Positions 1-12,544 of a stretch of DNA of 64,000 bases are shown here, in pieces. The position numbers were made by a program, and so were the translations under genes. The notes below the pieces were generated by a model. That model worked only from the letters and a program-made list of their open reading frames with translations, searched no databases and was not told where the DNA came from. Every line of letters begins with the position of its first letter. Position 1 is the first letter of the stretch. The DNA comes from Octopus bimaculoides (lineage: Eukaryota), in the NCBI RefSeq assembly GCF_001194135.2, contig NC_068989.1, forward strand, positions 73,786,223 to 73,850,222, read 5' to 3'.

Positions 1-14
1 TATATTGATAGTTT

Positions 15-50
<36 letters not shown>

Positions 51-250
51 TATCAGACCAACCCAAGTTACGGCATGAAACGTTAAGGAGCGTAGCGATA
101 CCCAAGTCCATTTACCAAATCCAGATACAGAGCGAGGTTGTAAAGAATAAAATTTGAAATCACACTAACGGCAATGATCCTATGTAACTACAGCATGTGG
201 CTGGAACAGGCAAAAGTTACATCGAAATGAATATTTATACATATAGACAC

Positions 251-408
251 AGGCATAGCCGTGTGGTAAGAAGCTTGCTTCCCAACTACATGTTTCCAGG
301 TTCAGTCCCACTGTGTGACAGCTTCGGCAAGTGTCTTCTATTGCAGCCTCAGGCCGAGCAAAACCTTGTGAGTGGATTTGGTAGACGGAAACTGAAAGAG
401 GCCCGTCG

Positions 409-480
<72 letters not shown>

Positions 481-684
481 TGTCTGTCTGTCTGTATCCC
501 CTACCATCACTTGACAACCGATGTTGGTGTGTTTACGTCCCCGTACCTTAACGGTTTGGCAAAGGTGACCGATAGAATAAGTACTAGGCTTACAAAGTAT
601 AATTCCTGGGGTAGATTTCTTCGACTAAAAGCGGTGCTCCAGCATGGTCACATTCAAATGACAGCAACAAATAAAAGAATAAAG
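251..684 (+). mobile_element. tRNA-derived SINE family C (CORE-like), with internal (TA)n(TG)n microsatellite
   Basis: Head GGCATAGCCGTGTGGTAAG...GGTTCAGTCCC (A/B-box-like); central GCTTCGGCAAGTGTCTTCTATTGCAGCC resembles the CORE motif (GACCTTGGGCAAGT); tail ends AATAAAAGAATAAAG. Homologous to 1119-1654 and 32609-33144. Probably one of the described octopus SINE families (OK/OR1/OR2); exact assignment not verified. Confidence 0.85.
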
Positions 685-1118
685 GTTTATATATATATAT
701 ATATAACTTGAATTTTTGAGGAATAGAATCTACATACAAACAAATGTGTTCTGGGATAACCAAAATCTGCAAATGTATTTTATGCAGCTTTTACGCTTGA
801 CGTCTATGTGAGATGGGTGGGTATGGTTCAACTGGTACACTGGCCTAGGGCCTGTGAATTTTTGACTAGGTAGGTGAAGAGCCCCAACCCAACCTTTACG
901 GGTGAAGCCAAGGAAGATCCATCTTACAAATTTTCTCTCAGAGTTCTTTTTCAAGCTATTCCTTTAGAAAATCAAAGTATTAACAGCAAAGGATTTCATC
1001 GTTGTAATTTAGTCGTTTGCTGTACATTAAAAAGAATTAACACAAATGAAAGAAACAACATGGCATCAACAATTACTGTTCTAATACTGTAATTCTAATT
1101 ACTGTAGCATTAATATAG

Positions 1119-1654
1119 AGAATCAGGTTGTGTGGTTAGAAGTTTACTTCCCAACCACATAATTCCCTGTTCTGTTCTACTGTGTAGCACCTTGGGCAAG
1201 TGTCATCTACTGTAGCCTCGGTCCGACCAAAGCCTTGTGATTGGACTTGGTTGACGGAAACTGAAAGAAACCCGTCATGTGTATGTATGTATGTATGCAT
1301 GCATGNNNNNNNNNNNNNNNNNNNNNNNNNNNNNNNNNNNNNNNNNNNNNNNNNNNNNNNNNNNNNNNNNNNNNNNNNNNNNNNNNNNNNNNNNNNNNNN
1401 NNNNNNNNNNNNNNNNNNNNNNNNNTATATATATATATATATCAATGTGTGTGTTTGTGCCTGCGTTTGTCCCCACCCCCGCTTGACAACTGGTGTTAGT
1501 GTGTTTGCGGTCCCGTAACCTAGGGTTTCGGCGAAAAAGGTCGAAAGAATAAGTACCAGGCTTTAAAATAAGTACTGGAGTCGATTCATTTGACTAAAAA
1601 TTCAAGGGGGTGCCCCAGCATGGCCGCAGTCAAATGACTGAAACAGATAAAAGA
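1119..1654 (+). mobile_element. SINE family C copy with an N gap inside its internal microsatellite
   Basis: GCACCTTGGGCAAGTGTCATCTACTGTAGCCTCGG...GACGGAAACTGAAAGAAACCCGTC, then microsatellite/gap, then CGCTTGACAACTGGTGTT...CCAGCATGGCCGCAGTCAAATGACTGAAACAGATAAAAG; colinear with 251-684. Confidence 0.85.
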
Positions 1655-2707
1655 TACATAAGATGGGTGTCTGAATAGTTAGAGTATCACAAAATTGCAT
1701 TGCACTTTTTGGTTTCAGTCCATTACGTTCCGACTCGAACTCTTGTCGAGGTCAACTATTCTGTCCAGGTAGAAAAATATAATGTAGGAGATTGATACTG
1801 AGGTCGATATAATTACTGATGTCATACAAGTTTTGTCATGCAAGAATCAACGGCTGATAACCCCGAGCGATTCTTTGAAGTGTTACTGGTGTTTTAAGGT
1901 TTGACGAGGGTGGCCACAGAATTCACATAGAGAACAGTGACTCCAAGTTATCATTAGTTTTGAAAGACATAATGATGGAACGGTACTACACAAATCCTTT
2001 AATAAACGGTTTACATTGTACATCCAGCATCGAACTCTACGTAGACCGTAGTCAGAAGAAAAACCCTCCTAGTCATTATAAGATGTTCAGTTTAACCCTT
2101 AATATTACTGAATATTTTAGCAGCTCTCATTATCTAGTTAAACTCTGATTGTACGCTGTTAAGTAGTTAAACGCTTACAACTAGAAGCTAACGATCAAAC
2201 TGCAGGCCGCAATAATATACATGTATATATATTTTTTAACAATGGTGCATGCTGAAAGGAATATTTCTTTTGTTAAATTCGAATATTCACTGCAAATTTT
2301 TACTCACATTTTACAGATTCCTACAGCACAAATCATGAAGGTCGTGTAGAGAATATCAAATTTGTCAATAATTTCTAAATAAACTATGTAGGCAGGCCAT
2401 GTCTCCACGTGTTTCCTCCCCAGCTACCATCCTCATTTATGACGCTATTACGAAAATGCTTACTTTCTCTTTTATCTTTAGTTAATTTGTGCATAATCTG
2501 ACACATTAACTGTTCGTTACAATATATTAATTTAACACGAATCGTCAGTCAGACAATATTCATTTCTAATTAGGTAAAAAGCAACAAATTCTTTCGAGAG
2601 AACCACTGAACTTACCCCACCAGTTACTTATCAAATTATCACCGGAAACTTAGGACAGACAATTTTATCACTTGATAATGTTTGTCAAAAATATCGTAAT
2701 TAATATT

Positions 2708-3468
2708 GGTTTCAAATTTTGGCACAAGGCCAGCAAGTTGGAAGGAGGGGGAAAGTCGATTACGGCAACTCCAGTGCTCAACTGGTACATATTTTATCGA
2801 TTCCAAAAGGATGAAAGTCGACAGTTAAGCATTTTGGCGCCTATTTGCTAACGATTATCGTCGCCTTAATATCGAAATTAATATTACCGCATAGGAATTT
2901 GAACTCAGAACGTAAAGACAAGCGAAATGCCGGTAAGTATTTTTCCCAGCGCGCTAACGATTCTGCAAGGCCACTGCCTTTCTAGGAGGTAATATTGATT
3001 TCAAATTTTGGCACCAGGTCAGCATGTTTTGGGGAGGGGCTAAGTCGATTAAATCTTTTCCAGTGTTCATCTGGTACTTATTCTATCGACTCCAAAAAGG
3101 ATGAAAGTAAAATCAGCTACGGCAGAATTTGAACTCAGAGAGGATAACAGACGAAATACCCACAAGCATTTCGACCGGCGTGCTAACGATTCTGCCAGAT
3201 GGCTGCCTTAAATCCTACGAGGCAATATTAATTTTGATATTAAGGCAGCAAGGAGGCGGTGGGCTAGCAGAATCGTTTGCACGCCGGACAAAATGCTTAG
3301 CGGCATTTCGTCGTAATTACGTTATGTGTTCAAATTCCATCGTGGATAACGTTGCCTTTTAGCTTTTCTGAGATCGATACAATAAATACCAGTTGAACAC
3401 CGGGTTCGATAAAATCATCTTAGTTCCCCCACCCCGGAATTGTTAATCTTGTGCCAAAATTTGAAACC
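2708..3468. mobile_element. Cluster of three SINE family A copies: two minus (2708-2980, 2997-3210) and one plus (3254-3468); a truncated fourth follows at about 3480-3585
   Basis: Each has the head (GCAGAATCGTTAGCACGCCGG..AAATGC) and the central AAAGGATGAAAG/TCGAT..AAGTACCAG domain or its complement, with the CTTGTGCCAAAATTTGAAA tail. Confidence 0.85.
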
Positions 3469-4923
3469 AATGCTGAGGCGACGAGAATCGTTAGCACACT
3501 AGACAAAATGCTTAGTAGTTGGCTTTGTCTTGCATCTCCCCCGAAATTGCTGGCCTTGGCTAAAACATTTGAAGCCAATTTTGCCCTACCTTTGCCCTAC
3601 GAGGTAATACTCGTAGGGCAAAGGTTTTGGGAGAAATGGCTTCCACTAGAATCTGAGTACGAGTCCTATTCTCTTTACATCGGTACAGGAATATATCGGT
3701 ACAAATTAATTTCCAGTGAAACAGGAAGGAAAGTAATATGGCAGAGCAGAGGGGAAAGAATGAATGAAAATACTTGGGGAAGAGAAAGAAAATGTAGAAG
3801 TGACATCAAAGCAGAGTAACTGGAGAGGAAGAAAGAGAAGATTAAATTGATCACAGATTTCCTTTTTGAATACTGGCATTTGCTTAACCAGGTTAATGGT
3901 TTTACAGGACTTCTTTGATGCTATCGGTAACGTGTTCAGCCGGTTTGCGAAAGATGCCTGAATGGAGTTCCATAGAAAGAGGTACTCTCTTTTAGGTTCT
4001 TAGAATGACATAATTGGTAGAACGCTGCAGAAGTTCCATGGGCTGTTTAAGACACTTTTCTTCGTGAATTATACATCCGCCAGAGTTAAATTTAACATTT
4101 ATGGTGTCGATAATTACCAGTCAAATACTGACAGCAATATAATCAACTCTCTCTCTCTCCTTTTCTCTCTCTTCATATATTTATATATGTATATGCTTAC
4201 ATATATCTTATATATACTATATATTTTAAATATATTACATACATACATAGTCATACAGACTCTTGCACATAAGCATATATGGCAACGGTTATTTGCTTAT
4301 AAATTCGATTTCTAGTCCTCCAGTACAGCATACAATATCGTAAATTCACTCAATCCATCCATCTTGCAAGAACCTTCCAATTAGCTGTCCACCTACAAGC
4401 ATTTTCAATACGATGCTCTTTCGCCATCACCTTCATCACCATCCTTTACACTCTCTCTCATCTCTTTCTGTTGCTCTTTTTCTTCTTCCAATACACCAGT
4501 CTTTAACTAGAAAAGGTTTTCCTCCCTTCATCCTGGAGATAAGGATTATGTGCAGAGAATACTAAATTATGTCGCTCCCCGCTGTCTGTTTTTTAACACC
4601 ACTCCTCCATCTTTCCTTCCTTCCTTCTTTCATTCCTTCCTTCCTTCTTTCATTCCTTCCTTCCTTCCTTCCTTCACACACGCACACTCACATATTTATT
4701 TATTTGTTGATTTATTTATCTTGTTTTTATCTCAAATGTCAGAAAGCTAAAGAAGCAATAACGTTTTAAGATGGAATGTAAATGCTAATGTTCCATATTT
4801 GATCACTGATCAAGCGGGATAGGATTGGAGCAGCATAGACTGTAGGGTTTAATGATTTCCTCAAATGTGGTTGATTAAAGATCTGAAGGGGATAGATTGA
4901 TTGATAGAAAAGCCGCCCAAATA

Positions 4924-4926
<3 letters not shown>

Positions 4927-4987
<61 letters not shown>
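4927..4987. repeat. (GA)n microsatellite running into an N gap
   Basis: Pure GA dinucleotide run followed by Ns. Confidence 0.95.
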
Positions 4988-6367
4988 NNNNNNNNNNNNN
5001 NNNNNNNNNNNNNNNNNNNNNNNNNNNNNNNNNNNNNNNNNNNNNNNNNNNNNNNNNNNNNNNNNNNNNNNNNNNNNNNNNNNNNNNNNNNNNNNNNNNN
5101 NNNNNNNNNNNNNNNNNNNNNNNNNNNNNNNNNNNNNNNNNNNNNNNNNNNNNNNNNNNNNNNNNNNNNNNNNNNNNNNNNNNNNNNNNNNNNNNNNNNN
5201 NNNNNNNNNNNNNNNNNNNNNNNNNNNNNNNNNNNNNNNNNNNNNNNNNNNNNNNNNNNNNNNNNNNNNNNNNNNNNNNNNNNNNNNNNNNNNNNNNNNN
5301 NNNNNNNNNNNNNNNNNNNNNNNNNNNNNNNNNNNNNNNNNNNNNNNNNNNNNNNNNNNNNNNNNNNNNNNNNNNNNNNNNNNNNNNNNNNNNNNNNNNN
5401 NNNNNNNNNNNNNNNNNNNNNNNNNNNNNNNNNNNNNNNNNNNNNNNNNNNNNNNNNNNNNNNNNNNNNNNNNNNNNNNNNNNNNNNNNNNNNNNNNNNN
5501 NNNNNNNNNNNNNNNNNNNNNNNNNNNNNNNNNNNNNNNNNNNNNNNNNNNNNNNNNNNNNNNNNNNNNNNNNNNNNNNNNNNNNNNNNNNNNNNNNNNN
5601 NNNNNNNNNNNNNNNNNNNNNNNNNNNNNNNNNNNNNNNNNNNNNNNNNNNNNNNNNNNNNNNNNNNNNNNNNNNNNNNNNNNNNNNNNNNNNNNNNNNN
5701 NNNNNNNNNNNNNNNNNNNNNNNNNNNNNNNNNNNNNNNNNNNNNNNNNNNNNNNNNNNNNNNNNNNNNNNNNNNNNNNNNNNNNNNNNNNNNNNNNNNN
5801 NNNNNNNNNNNNNNNNNNNNNNNNNNNNNNNNNNNNNNNAGATAAGAAACAATAGAATTCTAAGACAGTTAAAACTTTTGTCTAGAATCAATTACTAGCC
5901 TGATAGACCCTGCTATGTCAAGATGGACTTATATATTCTTCCTCTGCTCTCTCCCACTTGGTTTTAATATGTTGCCACATTTGTAATATGTCTTTTTTTC
6001 TACATTTTTTCGTGCAGCTGAAGATTGCTCTTCATATTGCATTTAAGGTAATGCTCACATTACTTGAATAAATTGAAGTAGCATGAAACGTGCGTACTGC
6101 AATCACTTTTGAAATCCGTGTTGCTTATTGTTTGATTTTAATCACCCATCCTTTTGGGATGTGATATTCGGGTGCCTTCGCATAAGTACCATATTCAAGC
6201 CTTGAATATATATATATATATATATACACCACACATACAAACACACACACGTCCATAGGAAGAAATAAAGGTAAACATTTACAGAAAGTATGTGAGACAC
6301 AGGGACTGGAGATTGTGGTACATATATACATATATATACGCAAGTATGTATGTGTGTTTGTGTATTT

Positions 6368-6370
<3 letters not shown>

Positions 6371-6426
<56 letters not shown>
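6371..6426. repeat. (TG)n microsatellite running into an N gap
   Basis: Pure TG run followed by Ns. Confidence 0.95.
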
Positions 6427-7029
6427 NNNNNNNNNNNNNNNNNNNNNNNNNNNNNNNNNNNNNNNNNNNNNNNNNNNNNNNNNNNNNNNNNNNNNNNNNN
6501 NNNNNNNNNNNNNNNNNNNNNNNNNNNNNNNNNNNNNNNNNNNNNNNNNNNNNNNNNNNNNNNNNNNNNNNNNNNNNNNNNNNNNNNNNNNNNNNNNNNN
6601 NNNNNNNNNNNNNNNNNNNNNNNNNNNNNNNNNNNNNNNNNNNNNNNNNNNNNNNNNNNNNNNNNNNNNNNNNNNNNNNNNNNNNNNNNNNNNNNNNNNN
6701 NNNNNNNNNNNNNNNNNNNNNNNNNNNNNNNNNNNNNNNNNNNNNNNNNNNNNNNNNNNNNNNNNNNNNNNNNNNNNNNNNNNNNNNNNNNNNNNNNNNN
6801 NNNNAAAGTTCTTTAGGTAGCTGTATACAAGAATTATTTCTTTGCTTTATGAAGTGTTATCAGTTTAGCATGAGAGACATTCCAAATCTTTGCAAGCAAA
6901 TAAACGGAGTACATACATACATACGTGCGTACGTTCGTACACAGAAGTGCTCGATCATGTCAGCAGCTTAGCATGGAGTGCCGACAATTTTATGACATCT
7001 CACTTTGAAGGCTAGATCCATGCAATCCA

Positions 7030-7620
7030 AAAACAATAGATCCTCACCAAATACCTACAGCATAAAAGGCCGAAAATATTGACAGACAACAAATGTAGGC
7101 TGTGAAAGACCAAGACTGAAGACGTCAACCACATTATTATCAACTGTGAGAGAATATCATCCAGATATTATCATCCCATGAAGCAAAATACGGTGGCCAG
7201 AACCTTCTGGAATAGGATAACGAAAAAAGGAATACCTACGAACGAAGTAGACCATGTTGAGACCGATGGGTCAAAAGAATACTAGTGTAACTTGAACATT
7301 AAAACAACCACCAAGTTAAGACAACCGCCAGATATTATTCTGTGGGACCACAAAGAAAAGATATGTTCTGTTGCAGAAATCAGCTTCCCTTTAAACACAA
7401 ATGTGTTAAGAAAATAGAAGAGAAAGAGGAAATCTATGGACTATTGATAAGGAGTTTGCAAATCCAGTATCCAAGATGCACTTTCTGCTTCATATCCATT
7501 GTTATGGGAGTAACAAAATACATATCAACCAGTCTGGAGCAAAGAATGGAACTTGTAATCTTGGGGAGAAGATGAAAATCCTTAATTTATAAGCTACAGA
7601 TGATCGGGATATCTGGGACT
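7030..7620 (+). pseudogene. Decayed 3' fragment of a non-LTR retrotransposon ORF with CCHC knuckle and restriction-like endonuclease (R4/Dong-type)
   Basis: Manual translation: DNKCRL*KTKTEDVNHIIINCERISSRYYHPMKQNTVAR (C-x2-[C>stop]-x8-H-x4-C plus a decayed RHN-x-VA-like motif), then RQPPDIILWDHKEKICSVAEISFPLNTN / KKIEEKEEIYGLLIRSLQIQYP...IVMG, the PD..E..K pattern of RLE-bearing LINEs. Contains stops and a frameshift. Confidence 0.8.
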
Positions 7621-7689
7621 CGGGTTCGATTCTTAATGGAGTCATTTCTATTCACTGATTCTTCATGATCATGTTTTCTTTGAGCCGCG

Positions 7690-7830
7690 AAACCGGCTTG
7701 GCTATGTGCTTAAGAATTTAGCTTCGCAACCATACGGTTTCGGGTTACGCCACACTCAATAGCACGTTGAGCAGGCGTCCGCTATTGTAGACTCGGACTG
7801 ACCAGTGTGTTTGTGAGAAATTAACAGATG
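7690..7830 (+). mobile_element. Degenerate SINE family C head/core fragment
   Basis: GGCTATGTGCTTAAGAATTTAGCTTCGCAACCATACGGTTTCGGGTTACG...AGCACGTTGAGCAGGCGTC is colinear with the 251-400 head/core. Confidence 0.6.
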
Positions 7831-7852
7831 AATACTGTGCGGAATCTCGTGT

Positions 7853-7890
<38 letters not shown>

Positions 7891-8353
7891 TTGGCGTCAT
7901 AAAAATTCATAAACTTTCGTAAGAAAAAGGAATAATTATTTTTAGGAATTGGTTCTCGAAGTAAATATAAAGCTTTAAATAATAACACGTAAATATCTCT
8001 TTTGGATAGAAGTTGAAGGTTGCCCACAGGCCTCGAACCCACATCTCCTGTAAACATGACAGGCCTTTTATCATTGTACGAAAGCAATTCGAACAATTGC
8101 TTTATCCATTTTAGAAACATTACTCTTTCTGCAAGAATCATATGCTGGCTGTTGTTGGCATAAATATAAAAAATTATAAATTTCCGAGAGAACGTAGAAT
8201 AATTCTATTTTGGAATTGGTTCTCGAAGTACATATAAATCTATAAATAATAGCAAAGGAATATTGGTTTTAAAACATTTTAAACTTGTCCATGGCAAAAG
8301 AAAGAAAGATTTCACAGAGGAAAATAATTTTTGCATCATTAACGTAGAGAGAG

Positions 8354-8560
8354 GAAGCAGTAAGCCAGCAGAATCGTTAATACGTTGAAAAATACTTTGC
8401 CGTCTTTGTCCGGGTCTTTACGTTTTAGCTTTACCTCCTGCCGAGGTCAACGATGCCTTCCATTCCTGTGTGGTCGATAAAATGAAGTATCAGTTTGTAT
8501 CAAAATCGATGGTACAGATTTAACCCCATCTTTCCAAACTGCTGGCCTTGTCTGTTTAAA
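8354..8560 (+). mobile_element. Degenerate SINE family A copy
   Basis: CCAGCAGAATCGTTAATACG...GAGGTCAACGATGCCTTCCATTCCTGTGTGGTCGATAAAATGAAGTATCAG. Confidence 0.7.
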
Positions 8561-8906
8561 TCAGAAACCATTAATACAGAGAAGGGCCTTGAAATTTCAC
8601 TGTCTTCTTTGAGGTGTCTGGTACAAAATGCAGTATCACCAACCACTCTTTTCACAAATTAACTAACGTTTCAACACCAAACATACAGTGTACACTGGTA
8701 GAAACGATGATGGTAACTGAAAATAAAAGTGGTATAACATAAGCTTCGTAAAGACACGGTTGCCATTTGCCCAATATTACCATCTAGCATGCATTGAAAG
8801 AAGAGTTGAAGGTTTTTCTGCCACACACTGTGTTTGTCAGACTGAGAGACACTGCAGTACAGCAAGAAATGGAAATAGAGAATAGAGTCTGGGATAGGTT
8901 TTATTG

Positions 8907-9339
8907 GTTGGCACTCCGTCGATGACGACGACGAGGGTTCCAACTGATCTGATCAACGGAACAGCCTGCTCGTGAAATTAACGTGCAAGTGGCTGAGCAC
9001 TCCACAGACATGTGTACCCTAAACGTAGTTCTCGGGGATATTCAGCGTGGCAGTGTGACAAGGCTGACCCTTTGAATTGCAGGCACAACAGAAACAGGAA
9101 GTAAGAGAAAGTTGTGGTGGAAGAGTACAGCAGGGTTNNNNNNNNNNTTGCAGGCACAACAGAAACAGGAAGTAAGAGAAAGTTGTGGTGGAAGAGTACA
9201 GCAGGGTTCACCATCATCCCCTGCCGGAGCCTCGTGGAGCTTTAGGTGTTTTCGCTCGATAAACACGCACAACGCCCGGTCTGGGAATCGAAACCGCGAT
9301 CCTACGACCGCGTGTCCGCTGCCCTAACCACTGGGCCAT
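8907..9339 (-). mobile_element. tRNA-derived SINE family B copy (5' end slightly truncated)
   Basis: Reverse complement of the AATGGCCCAGTGGTTAGGGCAGCGGAC..GGTTTCGATTCCCAGACCGGG head and the ...GACGGAGTGCCAAC tail; TSD-like TGGGATAGGT at 8890-8899 and 9340-9349. Confidence 0.9.
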
Positions 9340-10503
9340 TGGGATAGGTAACTAACATAGAAGTAAACTGCTAGATTTGAGACTTGGAACAAGTTTCTAT
9401 TTCCAGCTGACGTCATCTCATTTGGTGTTGTTGCTAATGTCGCTGTGAATGTTTCCAAATCTCAACCTCTTCGTTAATTCAAACATCAATCTCCGTACAA
9501 TAAAGAAAAAAGAAAAACCAAGTAACAGCATTTGATTTTGGGACTAATGGCAATTTAAAGCATAAATATTCATCGTTACGAATTTTACATTTTATAATTA
9601 TCGCTGAAATTTTTTCAAATCACTTGATTCGTCACGTCTTAAGACTTTCTTAAGTCATTATGATAAGAGATATTTTATTCCTAACGTACATAAACTTGTC
9701 AATAATCAATAAATTAGTTTCTATCTCAACTGCTAGACGTTGTACAGTTGTCTTTCAACAGAATAGGTCACATCGTTTATAAATTTACATAATTTGCAAC
9801 GATACGGAAGAACTAAAGTATTATAATAAGCCAATTCATTGCAAACAGCTCTTTTTAATGCTTTACTAATTTTTGTACAGCCCAAGGTAAGTTTCCCAAT
9901 TGTTCTCGCATAAAATTGATATCGATTTCTTATGAAGATGCATTGTATCAGACGTGTGGTGGGGGAATGAGGTTGTATAACAATCATACCTTCACTATAG
10001 CCTTTATAACAATGTTTTATACACATGTATAACAGTACAGGTGCATACGAACAAAGATAAGGGTGTTATGGAAAGTTTAATAGACACGCAGGCATGTCGC
10101 TAAATTTTCAGATGATGTCAGTTGAATATATCTATCTCGGCATACATACATACATATAGATACATACATACACACACACATACGTATATATATGCATAAA
10201 TATATATGCATTCTTATATATACCTACATCCATAGATATACATACATACTTATGTATATATATACATCTATGGTTAGAATTTACAAAAAAAAGACAAAGA
10301 CGGGCGTGTAAACAACAAACAGATACATGTATTAGTGTTTGTGTGTGTATATCTGCATATATATACCCCACCCCATACACACACGCACACACATGTTGGT
10401 ATGTATACATGTGTATTAGTTAAAAGCAGAATATTCACTTTATCTCAGAAATTTCACGTTATTTTTGTATTTGTACACACAACAAAGCAGTGAATTTCAT
10501 TAG

Positions 10504-10532
<29 letters not shown>

Positions 10533-10542
<10 letters not shown>

Positions 10543-10568
10543 CACAGAGTATTTCACAGAGTATTTTA
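10533..10568. repeat. 12-bp tandem repeat x3 (CAGAGTATTTCA) between two (CA)n runs
   Basis: CAGAGTATTTCA CAGAGTATTTCA CAGAGTATTTTA. Confidence 0.9.
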
Positions 10569-10617
10569 CGAAGAACTCGGTCCTTGAGTCACCTTGTGAC
10601 TTCTGCCGATTAAAACT

Positions 10618-10619
<2 letters not shown>

Positions 10620-10686
<67 letters not shown>
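10620..10686. repeat. (CA)n microsatellite
   Basis: Long pure CA run. Confidence 0.95.
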
Positions 10687-10700
<14 letters not shown>

Positions 10701-11960
10701 CTCATGTTTCGAGTTGTGTATTATCCGTTTTTACTCTATGTATGTGCATGTTGAAAAGTCTTGACTGAGGAAAGTATTACGTAAGTACTCTTACATAATT
10801 ACTCGAAACACTTGTACATATGTTACATACTGAACTGACTGGAATCCAAAATTTGAGTTTGTGGCTTATTCAATTATTCAGCAATGTTACTTCATATGTG
10901 AATAAGCTGCAAGTCGCTGAATTTATAATCCCAGTCAACCCATTAAGATTTTACGAAAAAGTATTGAGTTTTTTGGAGTAAACAACTGTTGATCATAGCT
11001 TTCAAAAGGAAACATACAGTTAGCTTCGTTAAGAAATGAAACACTCTTTCCAAGCTACCGAATATACTTGACATCACTTCAGGAGTAACTGTCCACCAAA
11101 CCGAACCAAACCAAACCAATCTCTATGGAACATAACACAAATAATCATATATACAAACTCAATCTTTTACATTCGTTTTATTTTTTTTCTCTTAGTTTCT
11201 ATTTCTAGCTCTCTCCACAAAACTATACACCTACAGACATACTCACTCTCTCTCTTTCTCTTTTGAGTAGTTTATATCAGTTTTCTATGCACAAAGTGTA
11301 GTCAGGTATATATGCAGGCATGCAAACACGTACACAGCACATATAAATGAATCTATTTAGTGATTATGGAACAGCTGTCTCCACACTGAATGAATACATA
11401 CGTACATACAAAGAAACACACACACATACTCATACACACACACACAATCTATACATGCATACATAATGAATACATACACACATGTGTGTGTGTGTGTGTG
11501 TGTACGCACGCACATGAATATTGATTAAGCAGAATAAGACCATAGATATCTGATATCATACTATTGCGACATCAAAACTACACTTGATACCATAGCAATT
11601 TTTCGTTTGATTCTATCTTTATCTCACCGTTCTTATATTTCTTCATTTATCAACCAAGTCATCTATTCGTCCGTCCATCCGTCTGTCCGTTCGTCCGCCC
11701 GTCCGTCCATCCGAAATTAATCCATCCCTTCAATACGACGTTATCTTTCTCTCTTCTTGTCTTCTTTCTTCTCTTAATCATTTTCTTCCCCCTCCTCTAT
11801 GAAACTACCTATACCTCACACTTCTCTCCTCCCGCTTTCATCCATCTATTTCTTTCTCTCTCGTCTGTTTCTGCTTCTCACACTTTCTCTTTTTGTATTG
11901 TGCAAAAGAATTACTTTCAGAGATATTTTCGAAAAGAAAGAACACTGTGAATTTTATGAA

Positions 11961-12008
<48 letters not shown>

Positions 12009-12496
12009 TTTGTGTTTGTGTCTATGTGTGAGAGAGAGAGAGAGAGAGAGAAGAGGGGAAGAGAGAGAAAACCAGAGAGAGAAGGAGAAGGGAGAGCGAA
12101 TGGGAAACTAAACGTATTTACAAAGATAATAAACAATATAAATGAAGCTTGTTTCTCTGTAGGGAATCGAAACCTAACCGATGATTCAATTTGTTATTCT
12201 ATTTATCGCTGTGTTTATTTCATTATAAGTGTGACCCCTGATCAGACATTAAATATCTTCATTTGCTTGTTTGAAGTTAATTTATAAGTCGTTAATTCAC
12301 TCGGAGTTTTGGGTAGATAACTCTCGAAGGCCTTGTTTATATTGTTCTAAGTAGGCAACAATGGCGCAGCGGGAATCAATGATGTCATGAACGTTGGCAT
12401 TATAGAATTAACGAGAGCATCAGATGTCAAGTTTATCTTCATGCTCGAATATAACCTCAAAATGTAAGCCCTCTGTCAATCTAAATACACCACGAT

Positions 12497-12544
12497 CTCA
12501 TCAGCTGTGAGACTCATCAGCTGTGAGACTCATCAGCTGTGAGA
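12497..12544. repeat. 16-bp tandem repeat x3 (CTCATCAGCTGTGAGA)
   Basis: Three identical consecutive units. Confidence 0.95.

Noticed and set aside
9077-9208. 61-bp exact direct repeat inside a SINE (9077-9137 and 9148-9208)
   Set aside because: The two copies abut a 10-N placeholder gap; this is typical of unmerged contig overlap.
10765-10816. CUGAGGA + long hairpin + GAAAC...GUA on the plus strand (hammerhead-like)
   Set aside because: Stem I cannot form, and the 10.1-11.1 pair is an A-C mismatch.
12497-12544. Short repeats as a possible CRISPR array (also 10533-10568 and 56803-56832)
   Set aside because: Head-to-tail tandem units with no spacers, in eukaryotic DNA.
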